NCBI GenBank assembly: GCA_903828245.1
Contig: CAIKLP010000082.1
Coordinates: 11,636 to 75,635, forward strand
Source of the DNA: an uncultured bacterium
Lineage (GTDB): Bacteria > Bacteroidota > Bacteroidia > Sphingobacteriales > Sphingobacteriaceae
Direction of reading: 5' to 3'
Length of the DNA stretch: 64,000 nucleotides
Part shown: in pieces, positions 56,404 to 64,000 of the stretch
How the letters are laid out: every line of letters begins with the position of its first letter
How positions within the stretch are numbered: position 1 is the stretch's first letter
Position numbers and translations under genes: made by a program
Notes under the pieces: model-generated
What the model was told of the DNA's origin: nothing
Seen by the model: only the letters and a program-made list of their open reading frames with translations
Database searches by the model: none

Positions 56404-57520
56404 TATTATTACGGTTATTTTATTGATTTGTTATTCGGGCATATTGCTTTTTTTTATCAAAGGCTGGTGGGGTTTGAAAAACGGGCAGCCAATTCAAAGT
56501 CAATTCAAAACCACGGTTAGTGTGTTAGTGCCTGTTAGAAATGAAGAACAACACATTGCAAATTTAGTACAAGACTTAATTGCACAAAATTATCCAATCG
56601 CACTTTTTAATATCATTATAATAGATGATCATTCTACAGATCAAACAGCTACTATCGTTCGGTCGTTTAGCAATTCAAATTTGCGCTTGCTCCAATTATC
56701 GATCGAGAAACCAATTAATTCTTATAAAAAAAGAGCAATTGCTACCGCTATTGCCGAATGCGATTCCGAATTAATTATTACCACCGATGGCGATTGCAGG
56801 ATGGGTTCAGATTGGATTGCCAGTATTGTGAGTATGTATGAACAAGAGCAATGTCAATTAATTTCTTCGCCAGTGGCGTATCATCAAGAAAAAAGTTTAG
56901 CAGAAAAAATACAAACGGTAGAGTTTGAATTGCTGATTGCCGCTGGCGCTGCTTGCATTCAAAATAAATTTCCAAATACCTGCAACGGTGCAAATTTAGC
57001 TTATACGCGCGCTGCGTACCACGCAGTAGGAGGATTTAAAGGTATAGATGAGCTTGCATCTGGCGACGACGAATTATTATTGCATAAAATTCACAAGCAA
57101 TTTCCGGATGGCTTGCGATTTTTAAAAGAGTCGAGCGCTATTGTTTATACTGAGGCTAAAGGCACCCTTCGGTCGTTTTATCAACAACGAAAAAGATGGG
57201 CATCCAAAAGTGTAAAATATGCCGACAAAAGAATGGTATTATTAGTGAGTATAATATATTTTTTCCACCTGGTTATTTTTATTCAAGCAGGCCTGTTGTT
57301 TTTTACGCGGGCAAACCTAGCCATGTTTGTTATATTGATTGGGGTAAAAATAGGCTTAGATGCGATACTCATTTTTCAGAGTTTAAGTTTCTTTAAAAAG
57401 CGTAGATTACTATTCTTGTTGCCTTTAGTGGAAATATTTTATGTGATTTATATTTTAATAATTGGTATTATTGCCAATATTGGTGGGGCATACGAATGGA
57501 AAGGTCGAACAGTTAATTAA
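56390..57520 (+). CDS. Membrane-integrated family 2 glycosyltransferase with QxxRW motif
   Basis: N-terminal TM helix and a GT-A core ([35 protein letters not shown]). QRKRW is at 57185-57199, followed by three C-terminal TM helices. The GTG start overlaps the upstream gene by 14 nt. Confidence 0.8.
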   Translation: MQILNIITVILLICYSGILLFFIKGWWGLKNGQPIQSQFKTTVSVLVPVRNEEQHIANLVQDLIAQNYPIALFNIIIIDDHSTDQTATIVRSFSNSNLRLLQLSIEKPINSYKKRAIATAIAECDSELIITTDGDCRMGSDWIASIVSMYEQEQCQLISSPVAYHQEKSLAEKIQTVEFELLIAAGAACIQNKFPNTCNGANLAYTRAAYHAVGGFKGIDELASGDDELLLHKIHKQFPDGLRFLKESSAIVYTEAKGTLRSFYQQRKRWASKSVKYADKRMVLLVSIIYFFHLVIFIQAGLLFFTRANLAMFVILIGVKIGLDAILIFQSLSFFKKRRLLFLLPLVEIFYVIYILIIGIIANIGGAYEWKGRTVN

Positions 57521-57522
57521 TT

Positions 57523-58725
57523 ATGAAGTCAACAATTCAAACACCATCTGCTAGAATTTTTGCTAAATTATTAAGGAATAAATTAGCCTTAGCTGGATTC
57601 TTTTTTATAGTGCTTACTTTTTTAATGGCTTTGTTTGGCTATTTAATTATTCCAGATCATTCGCCTATGGCCAACGAAATGCATTTGGAACTGAGCACAA
57701 AAAAGCCATTTGCAAAGGCGCAATTTTTAGCGCTTCGTAAAAATAAAATCATTACACCAGTTTCTTTTTGGTCTCGTTTAGCAAATGGTCAAGAATCTGA
57801 GTTTCAATATATCCCCATTCAATCTTATCAGTTTAGCGATTCTACCATTAAAATCACGCTACTCGATCAACAAAAGCCGCTTAGCTATAATTTGGCAGCG
57901 ATTGTATATCCGATTGCAGATGCTTCGGCTATCACCTATAGCCAGCAAGCATTTCAGCTACGCACCCTCGATGGGCAAACAATAAATATTAGCACAAGTG
58001 CATTGCTTACAAAAATAAAAAAAGATCAAATTTTTACCAGAACCTATATTTTCGGAACCGATCGCTATGGCCGTGATTTATTCAGTCGCATTATTTTAGG
58101 AAGCAGGGTATCGCTTGCTGTTGGTTTGGTTTCGGTTGTTATTTCTTTATTAATTGGACTTGCACTTGGTGCCATGGCAGGTTTTTATAGGGGTTCTGTC
58201 GACGAATTAATTAGTTGGCTTATCAATGTAATTTGGTCTTTGCCTACACTCTTGTTGGTTATTGCTATTTCGTTTGCATTAGGTAAAGGATTTTGGCAAG
58301 TGTTTATTGCCATAGGATTAAGCATGTGGGTAGAAGTGGCACGTTTGGTCCGCGGACAAATTTTAAGCGTAAGAGAATTAGAATATGTAGAAGCGGCTAG
58401 AGCGATGGGTTTTAGTAACTTTAGAATTATTTATAAACACATATTGCCAAATATTATGGGCCCACTATTAGTGATTGCTGCTGCAAATTTTGCATCGGCT
58501 ATTTTATTAGAAGCGGGATTAAGCTTTTTGGGATTTGGCGCACAACCACCTATGCCAACTTGGGGTGGCATGGTGAAAGAACATTATGGTTACATTATTA
58601 TTGATGCGGCATACCTTGCCATTATACCGGGCATAGCCATCATGCTCTTAGTATTTGCCTTTAATATTTTTTCTGCTGGTTTAAGCGATGCATTTGAAAC
58701 AAAAGGGAATAATGTTTCGGTTTAA
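57523..58725 (+). CDS. ABC transporter permease (DppC/OppC-type)
   Basis: EAA loop [23 protein letters not shown] and six TM helices. There is an extended periplasmic loop after TM1. No ATPase or binding protein is adjacent. Confidence 0.85.
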   Translation: MKSTIQTPSARIFAKLLRNKLALAGFFFIVLTFLMALFGYLIIPDHSPMANEMHLELSTKKPFAKAQFLALRKNKIITPVSFWSRLANGQESEFQYIPIQSYQFSDSTIKITLLDQQKPLSYNLAAIVYPIADASAITYSQQAFQLRTLDGQTINISTSALLTKIKKDQIFTRTYIFGTDRYGRDLFSRIILGSRVSLAVGLVSVVISLLIGLALGAMAGFYRGSVDELISWLINVIWSLPTLLLVIAISFALGKGFWQVFIAIGLSMWVEVARLVRGQILSVRELEYVEAARAMGFSNFRIIYKHILPNIMGPLLVIAAANFASAILLEAGLSFLGFGAQPPMPTWGGMVKEHYGYIIIDAAYLAIIPGIAIMLLVFAFNIFSAGLSDAFETKGNNVSV

Positions 58726-60161
58726 TTTACTTCGCTAATTGCTTTTTTTGTTTTTGTATCGAGCGAAATAATAATAGCGATACATAATAAAAAGATGCCG
58801 CCATTCTTATCCACCTCCACCATATCGCCAAGTACCAAGTGAACTAAAAATACCACTAGCGCCAAAAAGCAAGCGGTAATAATATGTTGATCTTGTTTTA
58901 TTTTACTCATACGGTAAATAAAATGACAACGCATTAGGGCATATAAATACATGCCGCTAAATAATAAAAAACCAAAAACACCTTGCTCGCAAAAAGTAAG
59001 CAGAAAATAATTATGCGTGCTGGCATGCTCGGGGTTGTCGCTCACGTTGGTTATAAATGCGGGGTTTGCGTAAATTTTATAAGTAGGATAAAAAGTATTA
59101 GTACCTGTGCCTAACCAAAAATTATGTTGAATTAAATTAACTGCAGCTACCCATCTATACACCCGTTCCATTCCAGAAACATCTTTCATTTCCATGGTGG
59201 CCGACATATGTTTACTAAAATTTTCGTGATTAAATACGGTTCGTTGAAAATCGGGTGCGTATTTCATATATCGATTTTGATCCACTAAATAATAACAAAA
59301 ACCAATTGTACAAATTAGTGCAACCAATATGGCATGTTTAAGATATGCTGCCCGAAACACTAACAGTGCGCCTAATGCAGCTAACAAAGACAGCCAAGTA
59401 GTTCGGGTGTAGGAAGTAACGATAGCAAATAATAAAAGCAAGGAGCTGCCAATAAGAAGCGTTAATATTATTGGTTTATGTTTGTACCAGCCAATGGCCA
59501 TTACAACAAAAGGCAATAATAAACCTAATGCACAAGCATAAATTACATGGTTGGCATAAAATGGTCGAGCGGCAATATTAATTTCATCAAAGCCAAAAGA
59601 TTTTAAAGCATGCCTGGCAACCGTATAGCATACGCTTAGCATTAATGGAATAAAAATCAACCAAAATAATTTCTTGTAAATACCTTCTTGTTTTAAAATC
59701 AAAATTGGGATAAATACAAATGCAGCGTAATACCAAAGCTTAGTCAGTATATATTTAAAAGACAATACATGGTTTGAAGAGAGCGCCATATTTAAACATA
59801 ACAAAGCGATGTGTGCTAAGATGAGTAGTATAAGCAAATGTTTCCATTCTGCATTGTGTTGCAATCTATTTTGAATAAGCAACACTATGCTCACACCTAA
59901 GAGTGCGATCATTAAAGGTTCTGTGGGCATCGACAAACTAGAACCGCCAACAGAAAACTCAAACGATAATGGCAATGCAGTAATTAAAAAATAAAATAGT
60001 AAGGAGAAATCTTTAATGGCTATATATCCGCCAATGAGAATTACTGGTAAAAAGTGTATATAGGGTTCGTCTATTTTAATGGCATACAACGAAGTTGCCA
60101 CAAATAAAGTTATCGCGGCAAAGAAAATAAGTAATTGTTTGGGTGTAATTGCTTTAAACAA
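58722..60161 (-). CDS. O-antigen ligase / polymerase-family (Wzy_C-like) membrane protein
   Basis: 479 aa with ~11 TM helices and a large loop carrying [11 protein letters not shown], typical of the O-antigen ligase domain. Confidence 0.65.
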   Translation of the reverse strand: MFKAITPKQLLIFFAAITLFVATSLYAIKIDEPYIHFLPVILIGGYIAIKDFSLLFYFLITALPLSFEFSVGGSSLSMPTEPLMIALLGVSIVLLIQNRLQHNAEWKHLLILLILAHIALLCLNMALSSNHVLSFKYILTKLWYYAAFVFIPILILKQEGIYKKLFWLIFIPLMLSVCYTVARHALKSFGFDEINIAARPFYANHVIYACALGLLLPFVVMAIGWYKHKPIILTLLIGSSLLLLFAIVTSYTRTTWLSLLAALGALLVFRAAYLKHAILVALICTIGFCYYLVDQNRYMKYAPDFQRTVFNHENFSKHMSATMEMKDVSGMERVYRWVAAVNLIQHNFWLGTGTNTFYPTYKIYANPAFITNVSDNPEHASTHNYFLLTFCEQGVFGFLLFSGMYLYALMRCHFIYRMSKIKQDQHIITACFLALVVFLVHLVLGDMVEVDKNGGIFLLCIAIIISLDTKTKKAISEVN

Positions 60162-60162
60162 T

Positions 60163-61284
60163 TTAGCTTAATTTTTTACTTATGGATGGTATGGCTTCGA
60201 TCAGCGAAATAGCAATAATTGACAATAAAAAAGTAGAAACAAAAACCAATACTGTTGTCAAGCCTCTTCTTGGTCTGGCGGCAATTTCTGGTTTTGTTGC
60301 TTGGTTAATGGTAAATTTCATTGGCAATACCTGCTCGTAATCTAACTTGGTGCTTTCGAATCTAGACTTTAAACTACTTAGCTTTTTCCTTTCTAAATCA
60401 AGACTATTGATATTATCAAGGTAAATGCCGCCATATTTTTTCAATAACTCTAATTGCGGCTTAACTGCATTGATTGCTGCTTGGTAGCCATTTACTCTTG
60501 CCCGCGTTTTAACAATTAAGGTGTCTGGTAAATTTACTTTTGCGTTTTCGTATACTTTTAAAATGGCAGTCTCTTGATCTAATCTTACTTTGTTAAGGGT
60601 ATAACTTTCGTTCAACTGTTTAGATTGTTCGAAATAATCGTATACGCCTGCTTCTCGTAATTTCAATAAAGTTTTATCCATTAAATCTACCACCTGTAAT
60701 TCATTCTGATATTCTTTAGTGATAATTGCTAATGCTTCTTTGGCTTTACTTCTTTGAATTTCATTTTTTTGAAAACCTGAAAAATTGGCAATATAATTAG
60801 CCATGTCGGCTGCTATTTGCGCATCGGTATCGAATACGGTAATTTGAATGGCTTTATATTCTGTTTGTTCAACTTCTACTTGTTTGCTTAGTAAGTTTTT
60901 TAAGGTATAATAAGACACCCCGCTGGCGGTATCTAATTTGTAATGTTTAGCTAAATTAAATTGGTGAATGACGGCTAATTTCGTTTCATCAGATTTTAAT
61001 ATTTGTAATAATTGTTCGCCATCTTGATCTGATCCAAATTCTAAAAGATTGAAACGAGCCATACCCGGTTCGGTCATTAAACTGGTAGAAATTTTCGCAT
61101 TAGACGTTGGGTAAAAAATTACACTGGCCTTATACTCTGGCGTAATAAATGCAGGGCCTGTAAAAATAAAAACGATTACGGAAACTAGCACGGAGCTTCC
61201 AGCAATTACCCATTTCCATTTCATGACTAATTTTATCAAATAAAAAATATCAAATGAATAGTCGTTTTGTACTTCTTTGTCCAT
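60163..61284 (-). CDS. Wzz-like polysaccharide chain-length determinant (PCP) protein without kinase domain
   Basis: N-terminal FDIFYLIKLVMKWKWVIAGSSVLVSVIVF TM helix, a long coiled-coil periplasmic region, and a C-terminal TM helix. Confidence 0.6.
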   Translation of the reverse strand: MDKEVQNDYSFDIFYLIKLVMKWKWVIAGSSVLVSVIVFIFTGPAFITPEYKASVIFYPTSNAKISTSLMTEPGMARFNLLEFGSDQDGEQLLQILKSDETKLAVIHQFNLAKHYKLDTASGVSYYTLKNLLSKQVEVEQTEYKAIQITVFDTDAQIAADMANYIANFSGFQKNEIQRSKAKEALAIITKEYQNELQVVDLMDKTLLKLREAGVYDYFEQSKQLNESYTLNKVRLDQETAILKVYENAKVNLPDTLIVKTRARVNGYQAAINAVKPQLELLKKYGGIYLDNINSLDLERKKLSSLKSRFESTKLDYEQVLPMKFTINQATKPEIAARPRRGLTTVLVFVSTFLLSIIAISLIEAIPSISKKLS

Positions 61285-61333
61285 GTTTTATTAATTAATA
61301 AGGAAAGCCAAAGGTAAGATTTTAAAAGAAAAC

Positions 61334-62779
61334 TTATTCTTCTGCTTTGATAATATTATTCAGTTGTTTAAAGGAGATTAAACGCAAAATACTCAGAAAT
61401 AGTATACTTAATAGCAAAGCAATTATAATGCTCCATAATGTGGGTAGGTGGTAGTTGGCTAACATCAGGCTTGCCATATAGCTTAAAAGCAGGGCTACGA
61501 CTAGTTTAATGATCGTTAACATTTTGATTTTCAAGGAAAAAACTTTTGTAGCAAAATAGAAATGTGCCAATGCAACAAAACCAAAACTGAGCATTGCATT
61601 CCAAGCGCAAGCTATTGCACCATATTTAGGGATGAATATAAGGTTGGCTAATACATTAAAAACAACCGCAATGACTGCAATTTTATTGAGTAATGAAATA
61701 TTGCCATTTGCCGTTAATAAAGTGCCACAAACATAAGTGATACAACTGGCCACAAAACTAACCAGTAACAAACCCAATAATTTACCAGCTAAGGCAGCAT
61801 GCTGTAGGTATAGCAATTCCATTAAAGGCATGCTAAAAACATATACTACAAGTGCAAATGCACAAGCCGGGAAAACCAGTAATTTAAAACCTGTTTTTAC
61901 CATGGGTTCGACCGAAGCCTTGTCTTTAATTAATCTCGAAAATAGCGGATAAAGCAAACCCGAAAATAAAATGGCAATCATATTAGCCGCATCGATTAAT
62001 CGATAGGCAGCAGCATAAATGCCCACTTCTTCATTGTCATTAGGATGCATCATTTTTAGCAAAACGGTATCCATTTTTGCATATAGCACCATTAATAAAG
62101 CTAACAAAGCAAAAGGAAAACTTTCTTTGATAATGAGTAAACAAAACTTTTTATCAAATTTAAAATTTGGGTTAATGCAGTAAAACTTTACAATAAAAAA
62201 GGAAACAACTGCGGTAATTCCAAAGGAGAGTAATTGCAAAACACAAAAAAGTTGAATGTCTAAAAAGCCCTTTAGGCTTGGGATGTAGAGAAATACGCCA
62301 ACAAATACAATCATTAACATTTTATCTAAAATAGAAATAAAGGTATCTGTTTTAAACAAATGTAAGCCCGATAAATTAGAGCGATTATACAGCACAATGG
62401 AATTTAATATTTGAGAAAAACCCAGCAAAAGAACCAAATTCAATTCTATTTTATTTTGTTCACTAAAAATAAAATACCAAAGTAAAAGAAGTATAAAATA
62501 GGGAACAGTTAATACAATTTTAAAAACAGAGATGCGGCTAAAGTATTTGGTGAGTAAATGATTGTTTTGTGCAATGTGTCGATTGTTGAAATTGGTTATA
62601 CCGGGATCGAGTACCACACTTAAAATAAAACTCAGATTAAACAGCGCATAAAATAAGCCATAAGCATTGCTGCCAACGGCGTTCTGCAAGCCTCGATCAA
62701 TTCCAAATAAGTAAAGCGGCTTAATTAATAAATTAACAAAGACCAGTAATATAAGATTGAGGATAAATTTTCGTTGCAT
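61334..62779 (-). CDS. Oligosaccharide flippase (Wzx / MOP superfamily)
   Basis: About 12-14 TM helices. I prefer ATG at 62779 (MQRKFILNLILLVFVNLLIKP). The track start at 62845 would put the 62789-62821 palindrome and promoter-like boxes inside coding sequence. Confidence 0.75.
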   Translation of the reverse strand: MQRKFILNLILLVFVNLLIKPLYLFGIDRGLQNAVGSNAYGLFYALFNLSFILSVVLDPGITNFNNRHIAQNNHLLTKYFSRISVFKIVLTVPYFILLLLWYFIFSEQNKIELNLVLLLGFSQILNSIVLYNRSNLSGLHLFKTDTFISILDKMLMIVFVGVFLYIPSLKGFLDIQLFCVLQLLSFGITAVVSFFIVKFYCINPNFKFDKKFCLLIIKESFPFALLALLMVLYAKMDTVLLKMMHPNDNEEVGIYAAAYRLIDAANMIAILFSGLLYPLFSRLIKDKASVEPMVKTGFKLLVFPACAFALVVYVFSMPLMELLYLQHAALAGKLLGLLLVSFVASCITYVCGTLLTANGNISLLNKIAVIAVVFNVLANLIFIPKYGAIACAWNAMLSFGFVALAHFYFATKVFSLKIKMLTIIKLVVALLLSYMASLMLANYHLPTLWSIIIALLLSILFLSILRLISFKQLNNIIKAEE

Positions 62780-62788
62780 ATTTGAAAT

Positions 62789-62821
62789 CAATACAAAGAA
62801 ATTAAATTTATCTTTGTATTG
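62789..62821. repeat. 11-bp perfect inverted repeat CAATACAAAGA / TCTTTGTATTG with an 11-nt AT spacer
   Basis: Read directly. It is centred in the 69-nt divergent wzx / GT9 intergenic region. Confidence 0.6.
62809..62816 (+). promoter_or_regulatory. -7 box TATCTTTG upstream of the GT9 gene
   Basis: Exact TAnnTTTG match overlapping the right arm of the 62789-62821 inverted repeat. A near-match, TTTCTTTG, lies on the minus strand at 62794-62801 and faces wzx. Confidence 0.35.
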
Positions 62822-62848
62822 CGACATTTCGGCTAAAATAAGCATTTA

Positions 62849-63877
62849 ATGAAAAAAGAAGATTTTATATATGCAAGCAGCATTTGCTGTTCTACCTGGG
62901 TCAATGGCTTTAAAAAGCCTCAAAACATCCATGTAGCGCGTATTTTGATCGTCAAATTGGATGAAATTGGAGATATGGTCAATTCCATCCCCGTTTTTCA
63001 AGCGCTTAAAAATACCTATCCCAGTGCTACGCAAACTTTATGGTGTAAACCATTTGTAAAGCCTTTAATGGAACCGATGGCAGCAATTGATCATATTGTA
63101 TTGTCTACAAAAGAACTCAGTGGCAAATACGATTTGATAATAGAATTGCGTGGTACATATGAGTCCATTCTATATGCTTTGTTGCATCCACCACATTACC
63201 GATTAGACCGAGCAAGCGTACGCTTAAAAAATAAATTAAACAAAGGTGTGCATCCGCACGAGGTGTTTACGAATTTGCAAATCATCGAATCTTTGTTAAC
63301 TGAAATACCCTCGGAACCCTCGATTTTATTGAGTTTTACGGAGTCGGATGAAAAAATTGTACAACAATATTTAACAGGCAATCAGCTTAATCGCTTTGCT
63401 GTTTTTCATTGTGGAGCTAGAAAAAAATTACGCCAATGGAAAGAGTCAAATTTTATTCAAGCGGCAAGCTATTTAAAAAATACTCATTCGCTTGATATTA
63501 TTTTTGCAGGCGACGATGCAGATTTAGCAATGATCTCGCGCATGCAAGCTGCCCTTGATTTTAAAAGTTACACGGTTGCTGGGCATTTTTCCTTATCGGC
63601 TTTTGGTGCTTTGTGCAAACAAGCCCAGGTTTTTTTAGGTAACGAAAGCGGCCCTTTGCACATTGCAGCAGCTAGCGGTTGTCCTGTTTTGGGCTTATTT
63701 GGTCCGGGTGAGCCTAAGGTTTTTTATCCATGGGGCGCTAAGGCACATTTCTTGCACGAAGTATTGGAATGCAACCCTTGCGACCAAATCAATTGTAAAT
63801 ACCCAGAAAATACCTGTATGGATCGAATTAGTGTAGCGGCTGTGAAAAAAAAATTGAACGAAATTATTTTGCAGTAA
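62849..63877 (+). CDS. Family 9 glycosyltransferase (heptosyltransferase-like)
   Basis: RILIVKLDEIGDMV N-terminal motif, C-terminal GNESGPLHIAAASGCPVLGLFGP, and a terminal Cys cluster. Confidence 0.8.
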   Translation: MKKEDFIYASSICCSTWVNGFKKPQNIHVARILIVKLDEIGDMVNSIPVFQALKNTYPSATQTLWCKPFVKPLMEPMAAIDHIVLSTKELSGKYDLIIELRGTYESILYALLHPPHYRLDRASVRLKNKLNKGVHPHEVFTNLQIIESLLTEIPSEPSILLSFTESDEKIVQQYLTGNQLNRFAVFHCGARKKLRQWKESNFIQAASYLKNTHSLDIIFAGDDADLAMISRMQAALDFKSYTVAGHFSLSAFGALCKQAQVFLGNESGPLHIAAASGCPVLGLFGPGEPKVFYPWGAKAHFLHEVLECNPCDQINCKYPENTCMDRISVAAVKKKLNEIILQ

Positions 63878-64000
63878 TTTTTTTTGCTTTGATTAATAAG
63901 TTGGGGCTAAATACCATTGCCCTGGTGGAGCGAGCAGTAGCAAAAATAACAAGCTTAATAAAAAATTTCAGCACAGACCAAATTATTTTTCTGAAAATTT
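63864..64000 (-). CDS. Partial ORF (C-terminal ~45 codons), unknown product
   Basis: My translation of the minus strand is open from the window edge to a TAA at 63864-63866 (...IFRKIIWSVLKFFIKLVIFATARSTRAMVFSPNLLIKAKKITAK*). It overlaps the GT9 3' end by 14 nt. It is too short to identify. Confidence 0.25.
   Translation of the reverse strand, partial: IFRKIIWSVLKFFIKLVIFATARSTRAMVFSPNLLIKAKKITAK

Noticed and set aside
62780-62845. Longer wzx ORF starting at 62845 or 62827
   Set aside because: The extra 22 residues (MLILAEMSQYKDKFNFFVLISN) are not flippase-like, and the stretch contains a perfect 11-bp inverted repeat and -7 boxes. This is kept as an alternative only.
1-64000. Search for tRNA/rRNA genes, CRISPR arrays, IS elements, integrases, toxin-antitoxin or known defence-system genes
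   Set aside because: No intergenic gap exceeds ~175 nt, I saw no long direct-repeat arrays, and every sizeable ORF has a housekeeping, envelope or unknown assignment. I cannot support any of these features.

Overview
AT-rich, very densely packed chromosomal segment. About 54 protein genes, no intergenic gap above ~175 nt, and many overlapping stops and starts. It is clearly from a member of Bacteroidota, because it carries type IX secretion / gliding genes (porU, porV, a PorP/SprF-family gene, gldJ), Bacteroidota-type TAnnTTTG -7 promoter boxes with very short leaders, and no obvious Shine-Dalgarno use. Most of the window is housekeeping: gltX, trmB, polA, ispF, the yceD-rpmF-plsX-fabH-accB-accC lipid cluster, pdxA, rsmA, greA, ruvC, tatC and rpiB. 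It also holds envelope chaperones (three tandem SurA/parvulin-like genes plus a MoxR ATPase), and the right end carries a polysaccharide/LPS cluster (Wzy-like ligase, Wzz-like, Wzx, GT9). I found no rRNA, tRNA, CRISPR array, transposase, integrase or phage-like gene, and nothing that looks horizontally acquired. The best candidate for something undescribed is a terminator-bounded three-gene outer-membrane operon at 45298-53853. It encodes an oversized TonB-dependent-receptor-like barrel (1246 aa), a 1245-aa secreted protein of unknown function with a divergent T9SS C-terminal-domain-like tail, and a second PorV/PorQ-family barrel. I interpret it as a T9SS-delivered, barrel-anchored surface partner for a TonB-powered transporter. 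Secondary items are a membrane flippase-like + QxxRW GT2 + orphan ABC permease trio, an alkyltransferase-like (Cys->Ala) protein next to tag and polA, several palindromes or phased repeats in divergent promoter regions, and a consistent pattern of near-leaderless promoters. All protein calls are by eye from motifs in the supplied translations or my own translation. No database or HMM search was run.
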